DNA of 62,553 nt, the filler included, from Nemertoderma westbladi (Eukaryota > Animalia > Xenacoelomorpha), in the NCBI GenBank assembly GCA_032718475.1. It is 4 parts of 4 records of this genome, joined end to end, with 100 filler letters (N's around TTAATTAATTAA, not from the genome) between each part and the next. Parts side by side here need not be neighbours in the genome. Positions count along the whole stretch, not along the records: positions 1 to 18,739 come from JAUCBJ010002705.1; 3 more parts are not named here. One strand, written 5' to 3'. The notes under the pieces were generated by a model that made no database searches, had not been told where the DNA came from, and was given only the letters and a program-made list of their open reading frames with translations. The position numbers and the translations under genes are program-made. Positions within the stretch are counted from its first letter, which is position 1; every line of letters begins with the position of its first letter. Positions 1 through 13,429 of this stretch are shown here, piece by piece.

Positions 1-229
1 TTTCTTATTAATTACTGTTACAGTAAAACTTTCGATTTTTTTATACAGCCAGACTCATAATTCAACATTCGAATACAATGACATAACAATAATATTTTCG
101 TTTTTTATTGAGAAATGAAATTGTTTGGAAATTTAGCGATAATTGCGGTATTATTACTAAATGCTAAATTTTATTACAAAGGCATAAGTTTGAAGAAAGT
201 AGCGCGATTGAATTATTATAGACAAGAAT

Positions 230-330
230 CCTAATCCTATATAGAATCATTTTATTGTATATTTTGGCAGCTACCACAAGCAGACAGATCCCACGATAGT
301 TTGTTGGTATGCCGAGGTCTCCTTTCTTGG
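230..330 (-). repeat. Inverted 101-bp copy of the RTE RT segment at 893-993
   Basis: Reverse complement matches 893-993 (encodes KKGDLGIPTNYRGICLLVVAAKIYNKMILYRIR). Confidence 0.9.
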
Positions 331-342
331 AAAATTCATTTA

Positions 343-2147
343 TACAGTATTTAGGCCTTTTTAACCGAACAACCAACAACCGAAAACATTAACAAGGTTG
401 AAAAAGCTAAGGACGATCTTAAATTGGCCTACAACATCAGCCAGGAAAAGTACATACATGATAAAACTGAAGCAATTACAACTGCTCACATACAGCAACA
501 ATCAAGACTTACCTGGCAAACTGTAAATGAGGTATCTGGTCGGAAAAGTTGTGCAAAGGGGCGCCTCAAAGCCGATAGTCCTGAAGAACGTGTTGGAAAG
601 TGGAAAAATCACTTCAGCAACTTGCTTGGGCAGCCACCAAACATCGAGGTCAGCCCTACAAGGAAAATATATGACAAGACACTACCTATAGAAACAGGGG
701 ACTTCACACCTGCCGAACTCCAAAGAAGCATTAAAAGCATGTCCAATAATAAAGCGAGTGGATTAGATGAAATCCCAGCGGAGGTATGGAAAACCGGAGT
801 GCTAAATAGACCATTATTGAATGTTTGCAACCGGATGTTAAAAGGGGAAAAGCCACCACCAATTTTGACTAAAGGTCAACTAAAGCCTCCCCCCAAGAAA
901 GGAGACCTCGGCATACCAACAAACTATCGTGGGATCTGTCTGCTTGTGGTAGCTGCCAAAATATACAATAAAATGATTCTATATAGGATTAGGCCTCACA
1001 TAGAGAAACTACTGCGTAAGAAACAAAACGGATTTCGACCAAATAGATCAACAATAGCTCAGATACTTACACTACGGAGACTGATTGAAGGAATTAAGTC
1101 AAAGAATCTCCCCGCAGTCATGACTTTTGTGGATTTCAAGAAGGCATTCGACTCCATCCATAGAGGTAAAATGCTTGAAATCCTAAGAGCTTATGGAATA
1201 CCAGAAGTAATTGTTGCTGTGACACAGAAGCGCAGGTACTCTCACCAGATGGTGAAACTGAGTTTTTCTCAATCCTGGTTGGCGTACTGCAAGGTGACAC
1301 ATTAGCACCATTACTATTTGTAATTGTGCTGGATTATACGCAATGAGGACGGCCACAAAAGGTGAAGATCTGGGATTCACACTTCAAGAACGCATAAGTA
1401 GTAGATATCCGGCAACTAGTCACAGTCACCGACTTTACGGATGACATCGCCCTGCTCTCTAATACGCTAGCAGATGCACAGCTTCTACTAAATAAAGTGG
1501 AGAGGGCTGCTAAGGAGGTTGGATTGCATATAAATGCTACCAAGACCGAATTCATGACCTTTAATGTTGTTGGAAACTTGACAACCATTGATAATAATCA
1601 ACTAAGGAAGGTCGATGACTTCCAGTACCTTGGATCCTAGGCTTGGGTAGCTCTATCAAAAAAGGATACCATCTGGAAATCAGATCTCCCCAGGCACCTG
1701 AAGACTAAGTTCTTTCGAGCCACAGTGGAAAGTGTATTTTTATACGGGGGTAAAACCTGGACACTGACTAAATCACTCGAACAACGAATTGATGGTTGCT
1801 ACACAAGACTACTAAGGGCAGGCCTAAACATCAGCTGGAGACAACACATGACAAACGCCGAGCTTTATGGTACAATACCACCTGTATCAACCACCCTCCG
1901 TGAACGCAGATTAAGATTCAGTGGGCACTGCTGGCGAAGCAAAGACGAGGTCATACCAGATCTACTTCTCTGGCAACCAACTCATGGAAAGCGTAGTCGT
2001 GGACGACCGGCCATAACATATATAGATCAACTTGAAAGGGATACTGAACTTGGGAGAAACGAAATTGCGACAACTATGGAGAATCGGGAAGCCTGGAAGG
2101 ATCTCATTTCCACTGTCCGAGTTCGCTCGACCTAGTAGTAGTAGTAG
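343..2147 (+). mobile_element. RTE-clade non-LTR retrotransposon (family A), 5'-truncated and frameshifted
   Basis: RT motifs KASGLD, NYRGICLL, QNGFR, FVDFKKAFDS, GVLQGD (out of frame), FTDD; C-terminal RRLRFSGHCWR and GRPAITY; ends in a (TAG)n tail at 2133-2147. Confidence 0.92.
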
Positions 2148-2159
2148 GCCTTTTTACTG

Positions 2160-4118
2160 GTCACTGGCTGTTATCTTTGTTGACTTCTTCAAGGCCTTTG
2201 ATTCAGTCTCCCGCTCACGTATGTTCGGCATACTTTCATTATATGGGATTCCTGATGAAATTATTGCAGCAATCAGATCAGTATACGATGGTTCGACAAT
2301 ATTTGTGTCTACTGTTGGCGGTGACACAGAACCATTTGAAGTGTTATGGGGCGTCCTCCAGGGAGACACACTTGCACCATTCTTGTTCATAATTGTTGTT
2401 GATTATGTTCTACGCATGTCCTTAGATCATCATTATACTAGTATCGGCATGCTGCATTGCAGCTGCATTTTTAAGAATGCTGTGCTGGCTTGTCGACAAA
2501 ATTGCGCCGCCACAACTCCCTATCACCCATGACATTTTCTAGATCATCCGCATCTTCAAGACCAGTGTCCTTTAAGATGCGTCTCAAGAAAGTCATGGGC
2601 TGTCCACCATGCTTAGTCACTCCATGAGGCTGCCAAAGTACAAGATTATGCACTGGCTGGTCCTCACGGCGAAAGCAATGTCCTGCAAAGCGGAGGCGAT
2701 TTTGTTCTAGTGTCAAGCTTGGGGGAACCAATGAGACACCTCCAATGTTATATAGTGTCTGGTTGGAGATGTGTGCATTGTACTTGACACAATGAACCCG
2801 GCGTAGCATCCTTGTGAATGTGCCATCCAGAGATTTGGTGTCCTCAGCAGTTAGAGCCCAACATGGACTCCCATAGAGGAGTACTGGAACTACTGCTGCT
2901 CTAAATAATCGGACCTTAAGTTTCCAATTAATTCGCGGTGACTTCCAAATCGTGGAAAGCCTATTCAAGGCTGCCCATGCCTTTCCCTTACGTATTCGAA
3001 GGTCCTCACCTGACTTCCGGATCCATGATCCCAGGTAACAGAAGTCGTCCACATGCTCAAGCATACCATCCTTTGAGCATATGCTCATCCGATCAGAGAC
3101 TTGCTGAGAACTTTCAAAGTTAACTGTCAAAATTTTGATCTTTCTGGAGTTAATAAAAAGACCAACACTAGAAGCAGCATGTTCTAATGAGCTGAGGAGC
3201 CGTTGGACTCCCTCTAGTGATTCTGAGAGTACTCCTAAGTCATCAGCAAAGTCTAGATCAGTTAGGATTTCCTCGACTTCTGGAGCCAGTAGGTGGAGTT
3301 ATCATCACCCCCATCATCATTATGATGATCTAAGGACATGCGTAGGACATAGTCAACCACAATAATGAACAAGAATGGTGCAAGTGTGTCTCCTTGGAGG
3401 ACGCCCCATAACACTTCAAATGGTTCTATGTCACCATCAACAGTAGACACAAATGTTGTCGAACCATCGTATACTGATCTGAATGCTGCAATAATTTCAT
3501 CAGGAATCCCATATAATGAAAGTATGCTGAACATACTAAACATACTGAACATAGTATGCTGATACCAACATCATTATGATGATGGGGTGATGATAACTCC
3601 ACCTACTGGCTCCAGAAGTCGAGGAAATCCTGCCAAGTACCTAACTGATCTATACTTTGCTGATGACTTAGGAGTACTCTCAGAATCTCTAGAGGGAGCC
3701 CAACGGCTCCTCAGCACATTAGAACATGCTGCTTCTAGTGTTGGTCTTTTTATTAACTCCATTTTTAAGAATGCTGTGCCGGCTTATCGACAAAATTGCA
3801 CCGCCACAACTCCCCATCACCCATGACATTTGCTAGATCATCCGCATCTTCAAGGCCAGTGTCCTTTAAGATGCGTCTCAAAAAAGTCATGGGCTGTCCA
3901 CCATGCTTATTCACTCCATGAGGCTGCCAAAGTACAAGATTATGCACTGGCTGGTCCTCACGGCGAAAGCAATTTCCTGCAAAGCGGAGGCGATTTTGTT
4001 CTAGTGTCAAGCTTGGGGGAACCAATGAGACACCTCCAATGTTATATAGTGTCTTTTTGGAGATGTGTGCATTGTACTTGACACAATGAACCCGGCGTAG
4101 CATTCTTGTGAATGTGCC
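2160..4118. mobile_element. Patchwork of RTE family B fragments in alternating orientation (+2160-2432, -2436-3545, +3567-3760, -3761-4118)
   Basis: FVDFFKAFDS, GVLQGDTLAPFLF, YFADD, DDFCYLGSW and RLRFAGHC motifs; near-identical to 49115-50098. Confidence 0.9.
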
Positions 4119-4137
4119 ATATAATAATATAAATATA

Positions 4138-4200
4138 GTGTCGCGGGAAAGGGGGGCGTTGGTGAGTCTACCTCCCACTCTGACTAGACCGTCAAACATG
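4138..4200 (-). mobile_element. Short BEL/Pao LTR retrotransposon pol relic
   Basis: Translation DGLVRVGGRLTNAPLS resembles the BEL/Pao G(L/I)xRVGGRL motif; very short. Confidence 0.45.
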
Positions 4201-4469
4201 ACACTCGAAAATTTGTCGTTTGACTGTGAGGCAGGGTTCTTAAGGTGATATTCGTAGGTCGGAGCCTTTTCCTCTATTTGGGATAGTCGAATTAGTTGTC
4301 TGTTAGTATGTGAGTGTAGTTGAATGTAGTTGAGTGTGTGCAACACTCAACCCGACTCAACTCTACCCTATACCCCAAACATATTTACTGCCAGACCAGT
4401 CAGAGTCTTTGTGCTTCACCCTAAGTTACCATTTCTACTACTTACTTACTTACTGGTAGCTACAATAGT

Positions 4470-5520
4470 GGGTCGCCACTATTGGCTACAACAGAGTCGT
4501 GGTTGAGAAGGAATGAATTATATGACGTGTCTTTTGACGATTTAAAACCACCTAGATTTCAATTAAATCACGTTCCGACGAGAACGCATACAGTTGGAGG
4601 GGGGGTGGGGGGGGGGGGGGGGGGGGGGGGTGCTGCATATAGAATAGTACACTTAAGTTCAAGCACAGTATGGAATCTGCTATTATTTATAAATCATTCG
4701 AATATATTGAATTAACATTGTTATATCCAGGATTTCTATTTAGGATAATGATTGTCTATCGTACATTTCCATCTATGGAAAATGGGTTAAATATTAATAC
4801 ATTTTTTGATGAATTTAGTGATACATTGCAGAGACTAATTGTGGCCCCAGGGAAACTAATTGTACTTGAGGACTTCAATTTTCACGTAGACGACCAACAT
4901 GACAAAGAAGCGGCCGCGTTTATGTACCTAATCGGATATTTCGGATTAGAACAGTTGATAACAGAACCCACTCATAAGAAATGGCACCCATTAGACTTGG
5001 TACTAGTACATAAACATGATGCCATTCAGGTCAGAAACATACAAGTGCGTAATATTTGACTATCTGACCATTTCTTGGTATTTTTTAACCTATTTTAAGA
5101 AAACCACCGCGTCAAAATGTCAATAATCTTTTAGGAGGGTTAATTCCATAGACATCGACCAATTTATCAGGGACATTCATGAATTGTTTCTGAGGTGTCT
5201 TGAAAATAAAAATTATTATTATTATTATTATTATTATCTCCTCTATGTTCAAATCCAAAGAAGGCAGATATTACGGAACTAGCAAATCAATATCACGACA
5301 CATTAAGCGATGTATTCAATAAACACGCCCTATTTATAAAAAAAAAAGCTGAATTCAACCCACCTCTGAAAAATGGTACAACGAAACTATATTATATACA
5401 TGTAGTTGTGGAAAAAAGAAAGAGACGCCGTTTAGAACGCAAGTTCAATAACTCCAAACTAAATGTTGACCTCATAGAGTACAAAAAACAATGCAATATC
5501 AGATTCAACATAATAATATC
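4470..5520 (+). mobile_element. Degenerate L2/CR1-group LINE ORF2 fragment (APE endonuclease region)
   Basis: TESWL, IVYR, EDFNFHVD, PTH..HPLDLVL and out-of-frame SDHF motifs; frameshifts and stops. Confidence 0.8.
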
Positions 5521-6311
5521 AGAAATAGCAACTAATAGAGTACCGGTACTCCTCAAGGTCAGGTTACTATTATTTTGAACTGGCTGTCAACAGCACTGCC
5601 ATACCGGTTGCCAGCAGTAGGCCTACTGGCATCCCGGTTACAATAATTAATTAATTTTGGATGGACACGCACGAAATCATATTGACAGCCTCATCGCCTA
5701 TAAGACGGATTGTACTTGAATTCTGCTTCCATAAGTTATATTTTAATCATCTCAAAGCTGAATGTCACAGTGAAAATCAATTTATTCTGCGAAATATAAG
5801 AGATTAACCACTTCGCTATGGTGAAAAACTCTATGATTGGAAACCTCCAGGAACTTGTCGACATTTCCACTCGGTTCCATCTAATGCCTTCATTTAGGGG
5901 TGGTTTCAGGAAGGACAATGAGTAACCTAAAATTCAAAAAGTTACTTACGTTGTCTCCCACCAACATGCAGATTTAAGAAGCTTTAAACCACTGGCATCC
6001 AAGCTATATCCATTTTCAAGGTGATACGTTTGTTTGTTTCCTTTTTAATATTGTGGTGCTCGATGAGCAGCTAAGTAAATTATACATCCAGCCAGAGATA
6101 ATAAAATTAAAGGAAAACCAACAATACTCATTACCCTAAAGTATAAACTTATTTTAAATTTCCCGCCATTTGGCTTTTAGTTAATGATAAATATTGGTAC
6201 TAGTGGGTGCTGATTTATGTATGTTTTAATTATTTTTATTTTTGTTGTTTAATATACATTGTTGAGCGCCGTTAGATGGGAGGAAAAAAAATACACATGG
6301 CAGAACTCGAT

Positions 6312-6486
6312 TGTTGATTACCTGAGTTTAATGTCAGAAACATTGAATAGTGCCCAAAGAATACTCAGCAATCTATAGAACTAGCAGCAATGAATGTTGG
6401 TCTATTAATGAAACACTATCAGTGTTTGCAGTCGTTAGATGATCTAGGTTTGTTTATTGAAGACTTCAGCCACCTAGTAGCATGGT
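6312..6486 (+). mobile_element. Highly degenerate RTE RT relic
   Basis: VDYLSLMSETLNSAQRILSNL/ELAAMNVGL...IEDFSHLVAW resembles ADDLGVLSESLEGAQRLLSSLEHAASSVGL...VDDFCYLGSW of family B. Confidence 0.6.
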
Positions 6487-6496
6487 AAACAACAAG

Positions 6497-9400
6497 GGTA
6501 CAGAAATGACTTGGAATCAAGCCTTCTCTCTCGGGTACAGAAATGACTTAGAATCAAGCCTTCTCTCTCGGGTACAGAAATGACTTGGAATCAAGCCTTC
6601 TCGATCAGGTACAGAAATGACTTGGAATCAAGCCTTCTCTCTCGGGTACAGAAATGACTTGGAATCAAGCCTTTTCTCTCGGGTACAGAAATGACTTGGA
6701 ATCAAGCCTTCTCGATCAGGTACAGAAATGACTTTGAATAAAGCCTTCTCTCTCAGGTACAAAAATGACTTGGAATCAAGCCTTCTCTATTGGGTCCAGA
6801 ACTGACTTGGAATCAAGCCTTCTCTATCAGGTACAGAAATGACTTGGAATCAAGCCTTCTCTCTCGGGTACAGAAATGACTTGGAATCAAGCCTTCTCTC
6901 TCGGGTACAGAAATGACTTGGAATCAAGCCTTTTCTCTCGGGTACAGAAATGACTTGGAATCAAGCCTTCTCTATCAGGTACAGAAATGACTTGGAATCA
7001 AGCCTTTTCTCTCGGGTACAGAAATGACTTGGAATCAAGCCTTCTCTCTCGGGTACAGAAATGACTTGGAATCAAGCCTTCTCTCTCGGGTACAGAAATG
7101 ACTTGGAATCAAGCCTTTTCTCTCGGGTACAGAAATGACTTGGAATCAAGCCTTTTCTCTCGGGTACAGTAATGACTTGGAATCAAGCCTTCTCTATCGG
7201 GTACAGAAATGACTTGGAATCAAGCCTTCTCTCTCGGGTACAGAAATGACTTGGAATCAAGCCTTTTCTCTCGGGTACAGTAATGACTTGGAATCAAGCC
7301 TTCTCTCTCGGGTACAGAAATGACTTGGAATCAGGCCTTCTCTCTCGGGTACAGAAATGACTTGGAATCAAGCCTTCTCTCTCGGGTACAGAAATGACTT
7401 GGAATCAAGCCTTTTCTCTCGGGTACAATAATGACTTGGAATCAAGCCTTCTCTATCGGGTACAGAAATGACTTGGAATCAAGCCTTCTCTATCGGGTCC
7501 AGAACTGACTTGGAATCAAGCCTTCTCGATCAGGTACAGAAATGACTTGGAATCAAGCCTTCTCTCTCGGGTACAGAAATGACTTGGAATCAAGCCTTCT
7601 CTCTCGGGTACAGAAATGACTTAGAATCAAGCCTTCTCTATCAGGTAAAGAAATGACTTAGAATCAAGCCTTCTCTCTCGGGTACAGAAATGACTTGGAA
7701 TCAAGCCTTCTCGATCAGGTACAGAAATGACTTGGAATCAAGCCTTCTCTCTCGGGTACAGAAATGACTTGGAATCAAGCCTTTTCTCTCGGGTACAGAA
7801 ATGACTTGGAATCAAGCCTTCTCGATCAGGTACAGAAATGACTTTGAATAAAGCCTTCTCTCTCAGGTACAAAAATGACTTGGAATCAAGCCTTCTCTAT
7901 TGGGTCCAGAACTGACTTGGAATCAAGCCTTCTCTATCAGGTACAGAAATGACTTGGAATCAAGCCTTCTCTCTCGGGTACAGAAATGACTTGGAATCAA
8001 GCCTTCTCTCTCGGGTACAGAAATGACTTGGAATCAAGCCTTTTCTCTCGGGTACAGAAATGACTTGGAATCAAGCCTTCTCTATCAGGTACAGAAATGA
8101 CTTGGAATCAAGCCTTTTCTCTCGGGTACAGAAATGACTTGGAATCAAGCCTTCTCTCTCGGGTACAGAAATGACTTGGAATCAAGCCTTCTCTCTCGGG
8201 TACAGAAATGACTTGGAATCAAGCCTTTTCTCTCGGGTACAGAAATGACTTGGAATCAAGCCTTTTCTCTCGGGTACAGTAATGACTTGGAATCAAGCCT
8301 TCTCTATCGGGTACAGAAATGACTTGGAATCAAGCCTTCTCTCTCGGGTACAGAAATGACTTGGAATCAAGCCTTTTCTCTCGGGTACAGTAATGACTTG
8401 GAATCAAGCCTTCTCTCTCGGGTACAGAAATGACTTGGAATCAGGCCTTCTCTCTCGGGTACAGAAATGACTTGGAATCAAGCCTTCTCTCTCGGGTACA
8501 GAAATGACTTGGAATCAAGCCTTTTCTCTCGGGTACAATAATGACTTGGAATCAAGCCTTCTCTATCGGGTACAGAAATGACTTGGAATCAAGCCTTCTC
8601 TATCGGGTCCAGAACTGACTTGGAATCAAGCCTTCTCGATCAGGTACAGAAATGACTTGGAATCAAGCCTTCTCTCTCGGGTACAGAAATGACTTGGAAT
8701 CAAGCCTTCTCTCTCGGGTACAGAAATGACTTAGAATCAAGCCTTCTCTATCAGGTAAAGAAATGACTTAGAATCAAGCCTTCTCTATCGGGTACAGAAA
8801 TGACTTGGAATCAAGCCTTCTCTCTCGGGTACAGAAATGACTTGGAATCAAGCCTTCTCTCTCGGGTACAGAAATGACTTGGAATCAAGCCTTCTCTCTC
8901 GGGTACAGAAATGACTTGGAATCAAGCCTTCTCTCTCGGGTACAGAAATGACTTAGAATCAAGCCTTCTCTATCAGGTACAGAAATGACTTAGAATCAAG
9001 CCTTCTCTATCGGGTACAGAAATGACTTGGAATCAAGCCTTCTCTATTGGGTCCAGAACTGACTTGGAATCAAGCCTTCTCGATCAGGTACAGAAATGAC
9101 TTGGAATCAAGCCTTCTCTCTCGGGTACAGAAATGACTTGGAATCAAGCCTTCTCTCTCGGGTACAGAAATGACTTAGAATCAAGCCTTCTCTATCAGGT
9201 ACAGAAATGACTTAGAATCAAGCCTTCTCTATCGGGTACAGAAATGACTTGGAATCAAGCCTTCTCTCTCGGGTCCAGAACTGACTTGGAATCAAGCCTT
9301 CTCAATCAGGTACAGAAATGACTTGGAATCAAGCCTTCTCTATCGGGTACAGAAATGACTTGGAATCAAGCCTTCTCTCTCGGGTACAGAAATGACTTGG

Positions 9401-10826
9401 AATCAAGCCTTTTCTCTCGGGTACAGTAATGACTTGGAATCAAGCCTTCTCTCTCGGGTCCAGAACTGACTTGGAATCAAGCCTTCTCAATCAGGTACAG
9501 AAATGACTTGGAATCAAGCCTTCTCTATCGGGTACAGAAATGACTTGGAATCAAGCCTTCTCTCTCGGGTACAGAAATGACTTGGAATCAAGCCTTTTCT
9601 CTCGGGTACAGTAATGACTTGGAATCAAGCCTTCTCTCTCGGGTACAGAAATGACTTGGAATCAGGCCTTCTCTCTCGGGTACAGAAATGACTTGGAATC
9701 AAGCCTTCTCTCTCGGGTACAGAAATGACTTGGAATCAAGCCTTTTCTCTCGGGTACAATAATGACTTGGAATCAAGCCTTCTCTATCGGGTACAGAAAT
9801 GACTTGGAATCAAGCCTTCTCTATCGGGTCCAGAACTGACTTGGAATCAAGCCTTCTCGATCAGGTACAGAAATGACTTGGAATCAAGCCTTCTCTCTCG
9901 GGTACAGAAATGACTTGGAATCAAGCCTTCTCTCTCGGGTACAGAAATGACTTAGAATCAAGCCTTCTCTATCAGGTAAAGAAATGACTTAGAATCAAGC
10001 CTTCTCTATCGGGTACAGAAATGACTTGGAATCAAGCCTTCTCTCTCGGGTACAGAAATGACTTGGAATCAAGAATTCTCTCTCGGGTACAGAAATGACT
10101 TGGAATCAAGCCTTCTCTCTCGGGTACAGAAATGACTTGGAATCAAGCCTTCTCTCTCGGGTACAGAAATGACTTAGAATCAAGCCTTCTCTATCAGGTA
10201 CAGAAATGACTTAGAATCAAGCCTTCTCTATCGGGTACAGAAATGACTTGGAATCAAGCCTTCTCTATTGGGTCCAGAACTGACTTGGAATCAAGCCTTC
10301 TCGATCAGGTACAGAAATGACTTGGAATCAAGCCTTCTCTCTCGGGTACAGAAATGACTTGGAATCAAGCCTTCTCTCTCGGGTACAGAAATGACTTAGA
10401 ATCAAGCCTTCTCTATCAGGTACAGAAATGACTTAGAATCAAGCCTTCTCTATCGGGTACAGAAATGACTTGGAATCAAGCCTTCTCTCTCGGGTCCAGA
10501 ACTGACTTGGAATCAAGCCTTCTCAATCAGGTACAGAAATGACTTGGAATCAAGCCTTCTCTCTCGGGTACAGAAATGACTTGGAATCAAGCCTTCTCTC
10601 TCGGGTACAGAAATGACTTGGAATCAAGCCTTCTTTCTCGGGTACAGAAATGACTTGGAATCAAGCCTTCTCTATCGGGTACTGAAATGACTTGGAATCA
10701 AGCCTTCTCTCTCGGGTACAGAAATGACTTGGAATCAAGCCTTCTCTATCGGGTACAGAAATGACTCGGAATCAATCCTTCTCTATCGGGTACAGAAATG
10801 ACTTGGAATCAAGCCTTCTCTCTCGG
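6497..10826. repeat. 37-bp tandem array (~117 units) with higher-order structure
   Basis: Unit GGGTACAGAAATGACTTGGAATCAAGCCTTCTCTCTC; rare variants recur at 1110-bp and 1221-bp offsets. Confidence 0.98.
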
Positions 10827-11199
10827 AAGGAAAATTGATTCCGGATAGCCCCAGTGATTTTTACAAGATTGCGAGGCAATGAGCTATCACTATAGTGACC
10901 CAAGAAATGGCAAAACCAATCACCACCCTGCCGACATTACGGATGGGAGTAAATCCCACTGCCGTTATAGATGTGACCTGTAAGCCTACATACCTATACC
11001 GGATGAGTCAATGGCGCGGATTGAACGCAAACACAAAATAAATTTTAGTGGGTTTGAAAAATTAATTTAATTTTAATAAAAACATCAAGGGAAAGGAGCA
11101 GGTTACAGTGGCAGTCTTTTCTAACCAAAACACACATACATACATTATTTCACTTGCGGTCATATTGCGCCACTCTGTACCGGATACCTATAAGCTGTT

Positions 11200-11667
11200 C
11201 TACCCTGCAAAGGCAAAGGCACGTAACTCCAAATTTTACAGTTTTGAGTTTATTGCGAAATTTGATGTTATTACAAAGTCAAAAGCACCCAAATCAAATT
11301 ACAAAGTCAAATTAACGGAATTGTTGACAATTTAAATATGAGTTATGTCATTCTGCCATTGAATCCGTTTTCTATTTCATGTGGGTACTTCCAGACTGCA
11401 TAAGGCAAAAACCCTTAACTGAGTTTAAGTGGCCTCGTTTGGCTCTATATCTATATGGATATGTACGACAAGTATAAGACATAACATATCAGCTCTATCC
11501 AATGATATATAACACACCCCTAGTAACTACAGCATACTAAAAGCGCATACAAAAAAACTTTTGAGGCTTGATATCTCAGAATGAGTACGTCCCAGTAGTA
11601 ATAGTTTACCCTACCTCTGAAGTAGGGTAAACTATTACTACTCGTGCCTTTACCTTTTGAGGGCAGC
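11200..11667. mobile_element. Possible MITE-like element bounded by imperfect ~23-bp inverted repeats
   Basis: TACCCTGCAAAGGCAAAGGCACG at ~11201 versus CGTGCCTTTACCTTTTGAGGGCA at ~11643; no TSD established. Confidence 0.4.
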
Positions 11668-12718
11668 ATTATAGATGTGACCTGTTTGTGCGTAATATTG
11701 CATTATGATATCCCAGTTTTAGTGGTGTGAGTGGCCGATATGTTTGTGTAATTTTGACTGCCACAACATGATGTAGGCAACATTGCTCATTCATTTTTAT
11801 ATACTCTCTTGGGAAACTTCTTTGTATAACATAATTGAAAATATAACATCTTGTTGTGCTGATAGAGTGATATGACAAGGGAAAAGGTACAGGTAGTGAG
11901 TGAGTGATCGATAGCTAACAAAGGGCTTGGAGCATACAAATGCACTAATATAAAATCATTCTATATTTCTATTGGCTAACCTACCTTTATTGCCAGTTCT
12001 CCTATTGGATAGATTACCTATGCATTTGTTAATTTACCTGATATCAACAACACAAATTTTTCTGATTGGTTGATTAATTTTGAGGGAGATTCCCTAAAGC
12101 ACTGTATTTATTATTATCTATATAAAATGCATTAAATTTAGGAAAATTAACAAAAAATACGAAATTTATTATTTTATTATTATTTTATCAGTTCGTATTA
12201 CTAATACTATGCATTACACGAAATTAAACGTAATTTATATATATATTCTTTACCATTACTTCAATTATAAAATATAATTACAAACACAAGATACAAATAA
12301 GTCGCCACTGAATAAATCAGGCAATAGCAAGCAGAATACATATAGCTGTAGAAAGCATAGTAGCACCACTGCAATATTATAATCTTACGACTTCATTAAA
12401 ATTAATTTATTTAAATTTTAATAAGAAATTGAAATGAATCAAAACACGTCCACCTGGTATATTAATGAATTCATAAGGATGTGGACCTACTGATAAAATT
12501 TATAAATATCTGACAAAAGATTCCTTGATTCATGGACGGTAAGGGGTTCATAAACCAAGGGTTGTACAATCTAGGTATAGTGACCGTAGCCCAACACCAC
12601 TCTGCAGGCACAATGGTGGCGGGGTGGGGGGGGGGGGGGGGGGTCCAGCGATGCGCTCTGGCTCTAGAACATCCAAGCTGCCGGCGATGCACCATAGTGG
12701 TCACTGTTCGGACCAACA

Positions 12719-12774
12719 TATGTATGTGTACGTGTATGTGTATGTGTATGTGTGTGTGTATGTGTATGTGTATG
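12719..12774. repeat. (TATGTG)n microsatellite
   Basis: Direct reading. Confidence 0.9.
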
Positions 12775-13429
12775 ACAACGATTTATTTTCCAGAGTTTTC
12801 CACTCCGCTCCAAGGATATTCGAGATTCCCTACACTATTTCCGCCCCGGGTATATTGTGATTATTTATCTAGCTATCCTTGATCCGTTACAGTTGAAGAT
12901 AAATAATTGCTCTTCTCATCAATTTCCATCTCTCCCATCATCCACAGAGCAATCAATCTGTCTGCCCCCGAGTATGGCTAGTTATCCACTGCCATAGGCA
13001 ACTCTTTAACTACTCAATGCAGCAGGCCTTACAGTGCTGATTGCTCTGTTACTACCGGTAGTATAATAATTATGCTATTATAAGCTACTTACTGTACTTC
13101 CATTGCATCCCAGGTTAGCTGCCTGCAAAGTGCCCTCATGCTGTTGTTAATAAGAATATTTACTAAAAGTGTGACGTCAAACCATCCACCAAATAATTTT
13201 ATAAAATTTTATTTTTTGCACTATAAACTCGAAACTCGACTATATCATTATAACACCAGTCATTAAACAAACATTTTACACTCCACCGATAACTTTTATG
13301 TAATTTGTTAATTAATAACTTTTAATAAGATAAATTATTTTTACCCTGAGGCCTACCTTGAAGCACTGAAACTCTGCCGATTATTTCCGCGCTTATTTCC
13401 ACAACATTTTGCAACTTTCTCAGGCGAAA

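Noticed and set aside
5736-6070. Minus-strand exon-like segments with a GTAAGT donor at ~5949
   Set aside because: Stops in all frames from the best acceptor, an implied intron of only ~23 nt, and no recognisable protein.
6497-10826. CRISPR array (37-bp repeat)
   Set aside because: Units are head-to-tail with no unique spacers, there are no cas genes, and the context is eukaryotic.
6497-10826. Another splice-donor array
   Set aside because: No convincing donor consensus or adjoining exon on either strand; the left flank is an RTE relic.
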